From the NCBI GenBank assembly GCA_964593805.1, contig CAZQHP010000001.1:91-64090 (forward strand): a DNA stretch of 64,000 bases, read 5' to 3'. Made by a program: the position numbers and the translations under genes. Origin of the DNA: an uncultured Candidatus Saccharibacteria bacterium (GTDB taxonomy: Bacteria; Patescibacteriota; Saccharimonadia; Saccharimonadales; JBBQAJ01). The notes beneath the pieces were generated by a model that worked only from the letters and a program-made list of their open reading frames with translations, was not told the DNA's origin and made no database searches. Below, piece after piece: positions 17,555 to 26,894 of the stretch (the first letter of the stretch is position 1; each line of letters starts with the position of its first letter).

Positions 17555-19774
17555 CTACTCTTCTTCTGATTCGGTGTCCGGGAAGTTTTCGTCGTATACC
17601 GCGTCATCAACTACTTCTGAGTTAGCCAAAGGACTGCCAAACACGTCATCCAGGCTGCTTACCAGCACTTCACGCGGGCGGTTACCGTCGGCGTGGCCTA
17701 TTATTCCCTGTTCTTCCATGGTTTCAATCAACCTAGCGGCTCGACCATAGCCAATCCGTAGACGGCGCTGAAGTAGCGATGTGCTGGCTTTGTGCCCGTC
17801 TATCACGGCCCGCACGGCGTCTTTATACATCTCGTCATCCACGTCCTGGCCGCCGTAGTCCGCCACAATCCCGCCTTTGCCGTTCAGTTGCACGGGTTGG
17901 CTTACAACTTCGTCATCATACTGCGGCGGCCGCTGCATGCGTATAAAGTCATTTACTTTTAGCGCTTCGCCGTCTTCTATCAGTGCTGCTTGGACGCGGC
18001 GCGGTTTGGGATTATCCGCCGTGGTAAGCAACATATCGCCGCTGTTGAGCAGTTTCTCGGCGCCAATCTGGTCTATGATAGTACGGCTATCTACCTGGCT
18101 GGTGGTTGTAAAAGCAATCCGCGCCGGCACGTTGGCCTTAATCAAACCCGTTATTACGTCCACGCTCGGTCGCTGAGTCGCCAAAACGAGATGTATACCA
18201 ACGGCCCGAGCTTTTTGGGCAATACGCACAATCAGCGCCTCCACGTCGCGGGCGGCCGCCATCATCAGGTCGGACAATTCGTCAATTACCACCACAATGT
18301 AGGGCATGCCTTCTTCTTTCTTGAGGCTATTGTATTCGGCTATGTTCCGCCTATGGACTTCGCTTAGCGCCCGGTAGCGGCGCTCCATTTCGGCCACCGT
18401 CCATTTAAGCGCGCTGATGCACTTTTCGGGCTCCGTAATTACTGGCGTTAACAGATGCGGAATGTCATCGTACGGCTTCAGTTCAACTTGTTTGGGGTCA
18501 ACCAGAATAAGTTTGAGATCTGCCGGACTGTTGCGAAATAACAAACTGGTCAGAATACCGTTGATCATAACCGATTTACCGGAACCGGTTTGCCCGGCTA
18601 CCAGCAGGTGCGGCATTCTATCTAAGTCGCCCAATATCGGCGCGCCGGAAATGTCTTTGCCAATCACGAACGTCAGCGAACTTTTGGCGTCTTGCCATTC
18701 GCGAGTCTGCAAAATAGAACTTATTCTTACCGTCGCGGCTTTGATATTTGGAACTTCCACGCCAACGGCGCGCTTGCCAGGAATAGGCGCTTCTATGCGT
18801 ATGGATTGAGCCGCCAAATCAAGCGCCAAGTTATCTGCCAGAGCGGTAATTTTGGTTAGCTTGGCTCCAGCCGGCGGCCTGAGCATAAACTGCGTGACGC
18901 GGGGTCCTATGTTGGCGCCTTCCATTTCTACGTCCATATTAAAGTTAGCCAGTGTTTCTTTGATAATTTCGGCATTGCCCTCTATGTCGCCGGCGTCAGC
19001 TTTGTCTTGCTTTTGGTTCAGAAGGTCGATGCTGGGGAATTTCCAATCAGGGTCGCTGGCGGTAATCAGCGCGCTATGGCTTTCTTCCGGCGTAAGTTTC
19101 TGGGCGGTGTTTTTGAAGCTGCTGAGCCGGGGTGCGGATCCGCGGCCACTGTGGTGTTCCACCGGAACGCCTTCGTTGAGCTGAAAGCCGCTGGCCTTGG
19201 ACTTCAGATCCGCCAAATCAGTATCTTCTGATTTCTCTGGGAATAGGAACCTGAAAAGTGACACAATAACCTTCGGAGAGATGCTAAACGTCAGAAAAAA
19301 CAGCAGCAGCGCGAACACAAAAAACATAATTGCCGCCGGCGTTTGATCCAGAGCGTTCAGCGCCAGATCGCCGAAGAGTTTGCCAACTTCTCCCCCGTGG
19401 CCGCCAGCAAAGGTGCCGTCCATCAACTTTTCAGAAAACGCCACGTGTAGCCAGCTGGCACTCATGGTTATAAAAGCCAACATGCTGACCAGTTTTGCCA
19501 ATGGAATCTGCCGATCTTCGCTGTTAAATTTCAGTATTCCAAAAAATACCAGGCCAATCGGCACCAAAAAGCCGCCCCAGCCCAGCGCCCAATACGCGCC
19601 GCCAAACAATTTCTGCGGCAGCGGTCCGCCAGACCCAAAACCGCCAAGTATCATGAACGCCGCCAGCAAAAACATCAAAATAGCGCCAGCCAGCGGCCAA
19701 AACGTCGAATTGTCCCTGTAGGCTGGTTCCGATGCCTTTTTTCTACTTCTAGTATGTTTTTTCTTTTTAGCCAT
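17555..19774 (-). CDS. ftsK: DNA translocase FtsK/SpoIIIE
   Basis: N-terminal TM segments, Walker A ..VAGQTGSGKSV.., ..VVVIDELSDLMM.., and a C-terminal gamma-domain-like ..STSLLQRRLRIGYGRAARLIE.. Confidence 0.95.
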   Translation of the reverse strand: MAKKKKHTRSRKKASEPAYRDNSTFWPLAGAILMFLLAAFMILGGFGSGGPLPQKLFGGAYWALGWGGFLVPIGLVFFGILKFNSEDRQIPLAKLVSMLAFITMSASWLHVAFSEKLMDGTFAGGHGGEVGKLFGDLALNALDQTPAAIMFFVFALLLFFLTFSISPKVIVSLFRFLFPEKSEDTDLADLKSKASGFQLNEGVPVEHHSGRGSAPRLSSFKNTAQKLTPEESHSALITASDPDWKFPSIDLLNQKQDKADAGDIEGNAEIIKETLANFNMDVEMEGANIGPRVTQFMLRPPAGAKLTKITALADNLALDLAAQSIRIEAPIPGKRAVGVEVPNIKAATVRISSILQTREWQDAKSSLTFVIGKDISGAPILGDLDRMPHLLVAGQTGSGKSVMINGILTSLLFRNSPADLKLILVDPKQVELKPYDDIPHLLTPVITEPEKCISALKWTVAEMERRYRALSEVHRRNIAEYNSLKKEEGMPYIVVVIDELSDLMMAAARDVEALIVRIAQKARAVGIHLVLATQRPSVDVITGLIKANVPARIAFTTTSQVDSRTIIDQIGAEKLLNSGDMLLTTADNPKPRRVQAALIEDGEALKVNDFIRMQRPPQYDDEVVSQPVQLNGKGGIVADYGGQDVDDEMYKDAVRAVIDGHKASTSLLQRRLRIGYGRAARLIETMEEQGIIGHADGNRPREVLVSSLDDVFGSPLANSEVVDDAVYDENFPDTESEEE

Positions 19775-19793
19775 AGCTGAACTTATTATATCG

Positions 19794-20108
19794 TTACTCG
19801 CCCGCTTGCGGAAGCGGTTTGCCGGCTTTGCGTTCTTTTATGATCCTCTCAATGTCTTCCAAAGCTTCAAGGGGCGTTGAACTATCACGCAATAATTTCA
19901 GAAGTTTTTCGTCTGAAGCTCTACTTAATCCATCTAACCCGTAAGGATCTTCGTCTGAACCCGCAGGCCTTTTGGCCTGTTCAAGAATTTCATATAAGCG
20001 CTCTAGCTCTGTTGACGGGTCAAGCACTTCGCGTTCTAACGCGACGCGTTCCGCGACGGGGTCACGTGACTGGTCTGATGGCTGTCCGTTTTGATTCTGT
20101 TCTGCCAT
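19794..20108 (-). CDS. Hypothetical acidic 104-aa protein
   Basis: ORF with its own consensus promoter and a leaderless-type ATG. I recognise no domain. Confidence 0.5.
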   Translation of the reverse strand: MAEQNQNGQPSDQSRDPVAERVALEREVLDPSTELERLYEILEQAKRPAGSDEDPYGLDGLSRASDEKLLKLLRDSSTPLEALEDIERIIKERKAGKPLPQAGE

Positions 20109-20114
20109 GCCAAT

Positions 20115-20143
20115 AGCATAGCAATATTTACAACATTTGTCAA
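20115..20143 (-). promoter_or_regulatory. Sigma70-type promoter, TTGACA-N17-TATGCT, 6 nt before the ATG
   Basis: Reverse complement reads TTGACAaatgttgtaaatattgcTATGCTattggcATG. Confidence 0.6.
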
Positions 20144-20150
20144 TAGGTCT

Positions 20151-20420
20151 TTAGCGGTAGCTGTCTGGGTTTGCTACCACGCGGTCCAAATCTTTTGCCA
20201 TATGTTCAGTGGCAATAGCATGGTTGGCTTTATCAGCTGGAGTTACGGGAAGTGTTGCTGTGTCAGATGCAGCCATGGCAGCGGGAGTCCCAGCCTGCTC
20301 TGCACGAATAACTAATGGACCGGCGCTCCGGGCCGCTTCTTGCATTTTTGCGGCAACCTCAGCATCAGTTAGGGGTTGTGGAGCTTCGGGTCGTCTATGT
20401 AATAGTGATCTTATGTCCAT
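20151..20420 (-). CDS. Hypothetical Ala/Pro-rich 89-aa protein
   Basis: ORF with an AAGGAAAG RBS and its own consensus promoter. I recognise no domain. Confidence 0.5.
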   Translation of the reverse strand: MDIRSLLHRRPEAPQPLTDAEVAAKMQEAARSAGPLVIRAEQAGTPAAMAASDTATLPVTPADKANHAIATEHMAKDLDRVVANPDSYR

Positions 20421-20464
20421 ATTTTCTTTCCTTTTTATCTTAACTTAGTACGTTAACAATGCAT

Positions 20465-20493
20465 ATTGTAGCAAATAGTTGCGCGTTTGTCAA
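20465..20493 (-). promoter_or_regulatory. Sigma70-type promoter, TTGACA-N17-TACAAT
   Basis: Reverse complement reads TTGACAaacgcgcaactatttgcTACAAT, directly after the rnj stop. Confidence 0.65.
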
Positions 20494-20496
20494 TAA

Positions 20497-22620
20497 CTAG
20501 TCTGTGCGGGCATCTTGGCCTAGCAGTCGGGAGCGCATTTCTTCAAACCGCTTTTGCTGCTGCATGGCAATTTGCTCGGGAGTCTGAGGTACCTGAGGCA
20601 GTTGGGCTTGATCTGGTTGGCCAGGCCTGCTTGTCGCGGCGGACTTTGGTCCGCTGTTCTGCCCTGCCGGCTTGCTAACGCCAATAATGTTCACTACTGG
20701 GATTACAATCGGGCTGCCACCGGTATGTTCAAACAGAAAATGCGTGACGTGGTCTTTGAGTTCGGCTTTGAACCGGTCTATATCTATCCGCTTGAAGCGC
20801 TGTTGCACCGCTCGCTTCAACTCAATCCGGAAGGTGTTCATGAGCTCTTCGTTGTCACGCATGTATATGAAGCCGCGGCTGATGATATCCGGGCTGGTCA
20901 TGAGCTGGCCGGTTTTTTTGTCCAGAGTCAGCACCACAGCTACCAAGCCTTCTTCTGCCAGCATTAGGCGATCTTTTATGACCACGCCGCTGACAAGCGC
21001 GCCGGTTTGGTCAACCAGGATAGTTCCGGTCGGTACTTCGCCAATTATTTCCATTTTGTCAGGAGTCAGGGCAATCACCTGGCCATTTTCGGCATTTAGG
21101 GTGTCTTTACGAGGAATTCCTTCTTCTACGGCAATCTCTATGTGCTGGCGCTTGGCGGTAAAGTCGCCGTAAATGGGGATGAAGAACTTTGGTTTGGTCA
21201 TGCGAATCATGTCTTTGTATTCGTCTATGCTGGCGTGTCCGGAAACATGCAGCGGCCCCACACCGTCAATTTCGCGTGTTTCGTGGCGGAAAACATGGAC
21301 GCCTTTTTTGAACAGGTCGTCCACCATAGACCGGATTTTTCCATCGTTGCCGGAGTACGGAATTGGCGTGCTGGAAAGTATGACCGTATCCTGTTCTTTA
21401 AGTTTTATGTGGCGGTGGTCGCCAGCGGACATTTTCATGAGGGCGGAGTTTGGTTCGCCCTGCGAGCCAGTACAGACAACTACTAAATCATCGTCTTTCA
21501 TGCCGGCGGTGGCGGCGATGGGCACAAAAGTGCCTTTAGGTACTTTCACAAAGCCATGGCGGACTGCCATTTCAAGAGTACTGACCATGCTTCGGCCGTC
21601 CATGGCCACTTTTTTGTTGTTGTGCACTGCGGCGTTGATAATCATCTGTACGCGGTTCATATTGGTAGAAAACAATCCCACGAATATACGGCCCGGCGCG
21701 TTGTCCATGATGTCAATAAAGCTCTGTTCTATAGTGCTTTCTGATGGCGTGCGACCAGGTCGTTCGGTAGTGGTACTTTCTGACAATAGTGCCAAAACGC
21801 CTTCTTTGCCAAGCTGTTCCAGCCGCTCTGTGTCGGTGCGTTCATGGTCCAGCGGGTTAGGGTCTAGCCGGAAGTCACCGGTATTTATGATGCGGCCAAC
21901 TGGCGTATCCAGCACAATAACCGTGCTACCTGGGATAGAGTGCGTTACGCGGACTAGTTCTACAAAAAACGGGCCGACTTTGAGCCGTTCATGGGTATTT
22001 TCGTTCATCATAACCGTTCGCAGTTCAAAACCTTCAGGCATCGGCATGCCAAAATTGGCAAAAATTTCTTCTACACGGCCGATTGAGAATTTGGAACCGT
22101 AGATTGGTGCCGGAAACCTAGGCACAATGTGCGGCAAGCCGCCAATATGGTCCAAGTGGCCGTGGGTTATCAGGTAGCCGCGCAGTTTATGCTTGATACT
22201 TTCTAGGTAGGTAGTGTCGCAAATACCGTAGTTTATGCCTGGCAAATCAATGCCCAGGTCGTTGCCGCAGTCCATGATAACGGCGTCGTTTAGGTACTCC
22301 ACCAGAATCATGTTCTTGGAACCGCCGCCGTCCATTCCGCCCAGGCCGATAACTTTGAGGCGCGGAGAGTCGTCTATGAAATTAGCGCGTGGTTTTTCAT
22401 CTTGCGATGGCATATCCACGTACTGGTTTAGAGTGCGAGTGGCGTCATCTTGAGCCCGCCGCTGGGCACGGATGGCCGCCCCGCGCGAGGCGCCACGGCC
22501 GTTGCCGTTTGCTTGCCCGGAGCGCGTCGAAGGGCCGTTAGTGCCAGCGTTATTATTGCTATTACCTCCGCCCTGTTTAGGTCGTGGTTTGTTGTTTTGG
22601 TTAGGTTGTTTTGGATTCAT
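20497..22620 (-). CDS. rnj: Ribonuclease J (metallo-beta-lactamase / beta-CASP) with disordered N- and C-terminal extensions
   Basis: ..GYLITHGHLDHIGGLP.. motif and beta-CASP region. About 75 aa of N/G/R/Q-rich N-terminal extension and a Q/P-rich C-terminus. Confidence 0.9.
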   Translation of the reverse strand: MNPKQPNQNNKPRPKQGGGNSNNNAGTNGPSTRSGQANGNGRGASRGAAIRAQRRAQDDATRTLNQYVDMPSQDEKPRANFIDDSPRLKVIGLGGMDGGGSKNMILVEYLNDAVIMDCGNDLGIDLPGINYGICDTTYLESIKHKLRGYLITHGHLDHIGGLPHIVPRFPAPIYGSKFSIGRVEEIFANFGMPMPEGFELRTVMMNENTHERLKVGPFFVELVRVTHSIPGSTVIVLDTPVGRIINTGDFRLDPNPLDHERTDTERLEQLGKEGVLALLSESTTTERPGRTPSESTIEQSFIDIMDNAPGRIFVGLFSTNMNRVQMIINAAVHNNKKVAMDGRSMVSTLEMAVRHGFVKVPKGTFVPIAATAGMKDDDLVVVCTGSQGEPNSALMKMSAGDHRHIKLKEQDTVILSSTPIPYSGNDGKIRSMVDDLFKKGVHVFRHETREIDGVGPLHVSGHASIDEYKDMIRMTKPKFFIPIYGDFTAKRQHIEIAVEEGIPRKDTLNAENGQVIALTPDKMEIIGEVPTGTILVDQTGALVSGVVIKDRLMLAEEGLVAVVLTLDKKTGQLMTSPDIISRGFIYMRDNEELMNTFRIELKRAVQQRFKRIDIDRFKAELKDHVTHFLFEHTGGSPIVIPVVNIIGVSKPAGQNSGPKSAATSRPGQPDQAQLPQVPQTPEQIAMQQQKRFEEMRSRLLGQDARTD

Positions 22621-22646
22621 ATTTTCCTTTCTGATTATTCAGAAGT

Positions 22647-23216
22647 TTATTTAATTTTCTTAAGTATTAGTGGTATTTTGGCGAAATCATCTATGAGTGT
22701 TTGCCTAAGCCCTCCGTTGTAAAGCGCGGCTGCCGGATGAAACAAGGGCATATAAACGTAGCCCTGGTAGCGTTTTGGCTGCCCGTGCACCTCGCTGATT
22801 ATAAGGCCGGGGAGCAAGCTATCCATACTATGCCGTCCTAGCGTCACAATAAGTTTCGGATTTATAATATTGAGTTGTTTTTTAAGATATGGCAGGAAAG
22901 CCAGCTTCTCTTCTGGCAACGGATCGCGGTTGTTTGGCGGTCGGTATTTCACGATGTTGGTTATGTATACATCTAGCCGTTTGAGCCCAATCATCTCCAG
23001 CATTTCATTCAGAAACTTCCCCGCCGCTCCCACAAATGGCTCTCCCTGCAAATCTTCATTCTTTCCTGGTGCTTCGCCTATGAACACAATGTCCGATTCC
23101 GCATTTCCAACTCCGAAAACAAGCTGAGTAGCCTGCTTTGCCAAATCTGCACAAACTTTGTCTTCAGCGATTTGTTGAGCTAATTTATCTAGTTGTGTCT
23201 GCTTGGTTTTTGCCAT
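22647..23216 (-). CDS. Uracil-DNA glycosylase, family 4
   Basis: ..VFIGEAPGKNEDLQGEPFVGAAGKFLNEML.. and ..HPAAALY.. The ATG at 23216 lies 1 nt after the upstream stop. Confidence 0.85.
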   Translation of the reverse strand: MAKTKQTQLDKLAQQIAEDKVCADLAKQATQLVFGVGNAESDIVFIGEAPGKNEDLQGEPFVGAAGKFLNEMLEMIGLKRLDVYITNIVKYRPPNNRDPLPEEKLAFLPYLKKQLNIINPKLIVTLGRHSMDSLLPGLIISEVHGQPKRYQGYVYMPLFHPAAALYNGGLRQTLIDDFAKIPLILKKIK

Positions 23217-23217
23217 A

Positions 23218-23415
23218 TTAGTTCTTAGATTTGCTACCACGGGTAATCAAGCGAATACTCAGAACCAGCAGTAGTAATGTGCCCAGATACTGCCATACGC
23301 TCCCGGTGTCAAAAGCACGGGTTATCAGCAAATATGCCAGCACCAGTCCAACAATCCCCATTCCTATGCGTGCCGGGCGAGTTTTGAATTGATCTGGCGT
23401 ATGCAAACGTGACAT
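23218..23415 (-). CDS. Small two-TM membrane protein
   Basis: The ATG at 23415 lies 1 nt after the pnp stop. Hydrophobic segments [14 protein letters not shown] and [11 protein letters not shown]. Confidence 0.45.
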   Translation of the reverse strand: MSRLHTPDQFKTRPARIGMGIVGLVLAYLLITRAFDTGSVWQYLGTLLLLVLSIRLITRGSKSKN

Positions 23416-23416
23416 G

Positions 23417-25552
23417 CTATTTCTTTGCAAGCTCCCTGGCGGCTTGTTTCATGCTTAGGTTTAGGCGGCCTTTTTCATCTATGGCTACTAATTTTACCGT
23501 TACAAGGTCGCCTTCTTTTACGGCGTCACGCGGATTATTAATTCGCTCCTCGCTCATTTCAGACACGTGGACCAGGCCGTCTTTGCCGGGCAGGATTTGT
23601 ACAAAAGCGCCAAAATCCAGCACGCTGACCACTGGTACGTTTTCATAGATGGTCCCCACTTCTGGTTCCACCGTAATGTCTTGGACCATTTTGATGGCGG
23701 CGTCAATTGACTGCTTGTCCGGGCTGGAAATCATGACTGTACCGTCGTCTTTAATGTCAATTTCAGCGCCGGTTTCGGCAATTATACGGTTGATAGTGTC
23801 GCCGCCTTTGCCAATCACTTCGCGGATTTTGTCCGGGTTGATTTTGATAGCTTCTACGCGCGGTGCGTATTGGCTCATTTCTTTCCGAGGCTCGGCAATG
23901 GTGGTCAGCATATGTTCCAAGATGTGCAGCCGGCCTTCGCGGCCTTGGTCTAGCGCCTTTTGGAGCACTTCTACGGGCAAACCATGGACTTTCATATCCA
24001 TTTGCAGAGCGGTTATACCCTCTGTAGTCCCAGTTACTTTGAAGTCCATGTCACCAGCAAAGTCTTCCGCATCAGCGATATCACTAAGTACATAAGGCGT
24101 GTTGCCATCCATCATCAGTCCCATGGCAATACCGCTAACCGCTCGCTTGAGCGGCACGCCGGCATCCATCAGCGCCAAACAGCTGGAACAGGTCGCCGCC
24201 ATACTGGTACTGCCATTCTGGCTCATTATTTCGGTTACGGAACGTATCATGTACGGAAACTCTGCTTCCGTAGGTAATACCGCTGCCAGAGCGCGCTCGG
24301 CCAGATAGCCGTGCCCGATTTCACGCCGGCCGGGAGAACCCAAACGCTTGACTTCGCCCACCGTGTAGCCCGGCGCGTTGTAGTGGTGCAGGTAGCGCCG
24401 TTCGCCTTCGCGTTCCATGGTATCAACCAGCTGTACATAACTAAGCGGAGCCAAAGTCACAATGTTCAAACCTTGGGTCATGCCGCGGGTAAACAGTGCT
24501 GATCCGTGCGTTCGCGGCAGCACGCCAACTTCACTGGACAACTGCCGAATTTCCGTAAGTTTACGGCCGTCCGGACGAGTTTGGTCTTTGACAATTCCTT
24601 TGCGCACGTCTTTGTGCAGTGCCATTACGAAAGCCTCGTCATAGTCGGCGCGTAAATCACCGTGGTATGCTTCCCCCAGCTTTTCCTCCATGGTAAGGTG
24701 AAAAGCTTCTTTGAGGCTCTGGATCAGTTCATTGCGCTCCGGGTACGGAGCGCGTAAGCCTTCGCCCAATTTGCCATCCACCCATTTTTCTACGTCAGCC
24801 TGGATGGTTTCATTTGGCAAAACTAATTCGTACTCGCGCTTGGTTACGCCTACTTTTTTGACCAATTCTTCCTGCAGCTTGATTGCCGGCTGCATGGCTT
24901 CAAACGCGTAAGCCATGGCTTCAACTATCTGCTTTTCGCTAACTTCGCTGGCTCCAGCTTCCACCATCATAATCCCGTCTTTGGTACCAGCAACCACTAG
25001 GTCCAGGTCTCCTTTTTCCAGCTCTTCAGGAGTGGCAAAGCCTTTGTATTTGCCGTCTACTAGTCCTACGCGCAGTCCGGCTACCGGCCCTTCAAAAGGT
25101 CCGCCGCTCAGCATAAAAGCCGTGCTCATGGCAATCATGGCCACCATGTCCGGGCGAAAAGTTGGATCCATGCTCAGCACAGTTGCCACGCCTTGGACTT
25201 CTTGACGGTAGCCTTTGGGCCATAGCGGGCGGATGGGGCGGTCAATCAGACGGCCGATTAGAATAGCGTCATCAGATGGGCGGCCTTCCCTCTTAATAAA
25301 GCGCGAACCGCTGACTTTGCCGGCCGCATACATTTTTTCTTCATAATCAATACTAAGCGGAAAGTAGTCCATGCCTTGGATAGATCTGTCGCTCAATTGC
25401 GCACTGCCGAGTATTACCGTGTCGCCGTAGGTTGCCAGCACACTGCCAGTGGTACGAAACCCCACGCGGTTTACTTCCAAACTAAGCGTGCGTCCACACA
25501 ACTGTGTTTCTACTTTTACGATGTCTTTGCCAAATGGATTTATTGTTGCCAT
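23417..25552 (-). CDS. pnp: Polyribonucleotide nucleotidyltransferase (PNPase)
   Basis: Two RNase PH domains, KH (..[11 protein letters not shown]..) and a C-terminal S1 (..[18 protein letters not shown]..). Confidence 0.95.
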   Translation of the reverse strand: MATINPFGKDIVKVETQLCGRTLSLEVNRVGFRTTGSVLATYGDTVILGSAQLSDRSIQGMDYFPLSIDYEEKMYAAGKVSGSRFIKREGRPSDDAILIGRLIDRPIRPLWPKGYRQEVQGVATVLSMDPTFRPDMVAMIAMSTAFMLSGGPFEGPVAGLRVGLVDGKYKGFATPEELEKGDLDLVVAGTKDGIMMVEAGASEVSEKQIVEAMAYAFEAMQPAIKLQEELVKKVGVTKREYELVLPNETIQADVEKWVDGKLGEGLRAPYPERNELIQSLKEAFHLTMEEKLGEAYHGDLRADYDEAFVMALHKDVRKGIVKDQTRPDGRKLTEIRQLSSEVGVLPRTHGSALFTRGMTQGLNIVTLAPLSYVQLVDTMEREGERRYLHHYNAPGYTVGEVKRLGSPGRREIGHGYLAERALAAVLPTEAEFPYMIRSVTEIMSQNGSTSMAATCSSCLALMDAGVPLKRAVSGIAMGLMMDGNTPYVLSDIADAEDFAGDMDFKVTGTTEGITALQMDMKVHGLPVEVLQKALDQGREGRLHILEHMLTTIAEPRKEMSQYAPRVEAIKINPDKIREVIGKGGDTINRIIAETGAEIDIKDDGTVMISSPDKQSIDAAIKMVQDITVEPEVGTIYENVPVVSVLDFGAFVQILPGKDGLVHVSEMSEERINNPRDAVKEGDLVTVKLVAIDEKGRLNLSMKQAARELAKK

Positions 25553-25678
25553 TTATAGCCTTTCATATGGAGTTCGTCCGCAAGGTGCAAATATACTTTC
25601 GCTCTTGTGCTGTGCGTGCGTATATCTGGTCTTTGCGTACGAAAACCTCGTCTGATTAATTAATGTGCACAAGCTTGT

Positions 25679-25698
25679 GGCCTTGATTGTTCAAGGCC
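25679..25698 (-). terminator. Stem-loop downstream of rpsO (possible attenuator/terminator or pnp-leader processing hairpin)
   Basis: GGCCTTGA-acaa-TCAAGGCC perfect 8-bp stem. There is no clear U-tract, so confidence is low. Confidence 0.35.
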
Positions 25699-25714
25699 AG
25701 TGGTCTATGCAAAA

Positions 25715-25981
25715 TTACTTGCGGAGGCCGAGTTTTTTTACAAGGTCTAAATAGGCTTTGCCATCTTGCTCTGCCAAATACTTAAGTAGTTTTTTTCGCT
25801 TGCCAACCGCCTGTAATAGGCCGCGGCGAGCCATGAAATCATGCTTATGCGTCTTCAAATGTGCCGTAAGTTCCGTAATTCGTTCCGTCAATATGGCCAC
25901 CTGCACCTGGGGTGAACCGGTGTCAGTTTTGCTGGTTTGGTTTTCGCTAACAATCTTACTTTTCTTCTCTACCGAAATCAT
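25715..25981 (-). CDS. rpsO: 30S ribosomal protein S15
   Basis: ..DTGSPQVQVAILTERI..LT.HLK.HKHD..RRGLL..VGKRKKLL.YL.. Confidence 0.95.
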   Translation of the reverse strand: MISVEKKSKIVSENQTSKTDTGSPQVQVAILTERITELTAHLKTHKHDFMARRGLLQAVGKRKKLLKYLAEQDGKAYLDLVKKLGLRK

Positions 25982-26094
25982 CTATTTCCAATCTGCTACC
26001 TGTTAAATAATGAAGAGAATAATTGCGTTACTCAGATAATAACACACCCGCCCCTGTTAGGCAACGCCTATTTCAAAAAATATATAACCAGCTA

Positions 26095-26427
26095 CTATCC
26101 CTTTGGCTGGGTCAGGTCTTTGAAAGCACCCATATCAATATTGCTAGCCGTTCCTTGATCGTTCCCTACACCGATTTGAACCAGTGGTTTGCCGCCGTTT
26201 TTATCATAACCCGTAACACCAACATCTTGTGTAGTCCCATCAGAGAATGTCAGAGTTGCTCCTTCACCTGGGGCTGGAAACTTTGCGGCGCTGGTTGCAA
26301 GTTCGCCAACTTTTGCAAGTTCCTCCTGACGAACTGTAGCAGGTATTACTTTACGATCCTCTTCTTTAGCCGAAAGAACATCTAGTGCAGAAGCAGATAA
26401 AACGTCTGGTGTTTTTGGTGCTGGCAT
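26095..26427 (-). CDS. Hypothetical 110-aa protein
   Basis: ORF with its own consensus promoter. I recognise no domain. Confidence 0.5.
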   Translation of the reverse strand: MPAPKTPDVLSASALDVLSAKEEDRKVIPATVRQEELAKVGELATSAAKFPAPGEGATLTFSDGTTQDVGVTGYDKNGGKPLVQIGVGNDQGTASNIDMGAFKDLTQPKG

Positions 26428-26473
26428 TTTTTAAATTCCTGATTACTTTTTTCTTTTTAACTGAACAGACACT

Positions 26474-26502
26474 ATTGTAGCAAATTATTGCTATTTTGTC
26501 AA
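26474..26502 (-). promoter_or_regulatory. Sigma70-type promoter, TTGACA-N17-TACAAT
   Basis: Reverse complement reads TTGACAaaatagcaataatttgcTACAAT. It overlaps the stop of the upstream 111-aa gene. Confidence 0.65.
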
Positions 26503-26834
26503 GAATTTATAAAATCCGTCCTGTCAGACAACTCTCTAGCCCGCATATTGTACTCCTGTGAGTAAGGTGCTGCTGACGGAGTTCGCATTCGGCGCGTAAA
26601 GTACCTGTTGCTGCCGGAACCTTGGCGCACGGCGATTCCTCTATCAGCAAGCACTGCCAAATTCAGTGCATTTTCTCTTTCATTGGCTCCTGCAAAGACT
26701 CCCACCGCCACTTCACCAACCCCCGCCTTAATAGGAAAAGGGATTATTTCTGCATCACGACCTTCTTGGCCGCCTGGTGTAACAGGCTCAATTTTCGTGG
26801 GTTGTTTGTGTTCGTAAGCTTCTAGTGCTGACAT
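26499..26834 (-). CDS. Hypothetical 111-aa protein
   Basis: ORF with an upstream TTGACA-N17-TAAAGT element. I recognise no domain. Confidence 0.5.
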   Translation of the reverse strand: MSALEAYEHKQPTKIEPVTPGGQEGRDAEIIPFPIKAGVGEVAVGVFAGANERENALNLAVLADRGIAVRQGSGSNRYFTRRMRTPSAAPYSQEYNMRARELSDRTDFINS

Positions 26835-26865
26835 GATTTTTCTTTTCGGATAGCTTGCTTGTTAT

Positions 26866-26894
26866 ACTTTAGCAATTTCTTACTTGTTTGTCAA
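26866..26894 (-). promoter_or_regulatory. Putative promoter, TTGACA-N17-TAAAGT
   Basis: Reverse complement reads TTGACAaacaagtaagaaattgcTAAAGT. It overlaps the truB 3' end. Confidence 0.45.

Noticed and set aside
21173-22102. A 309-aa + strand ORF
   Set aside because: It is entirely antisense to RNase J, which has the HxHxDH and beta-CASP motifs. Its composition is the low-complexity Ser/Pro/Arg typical of antisense frames.
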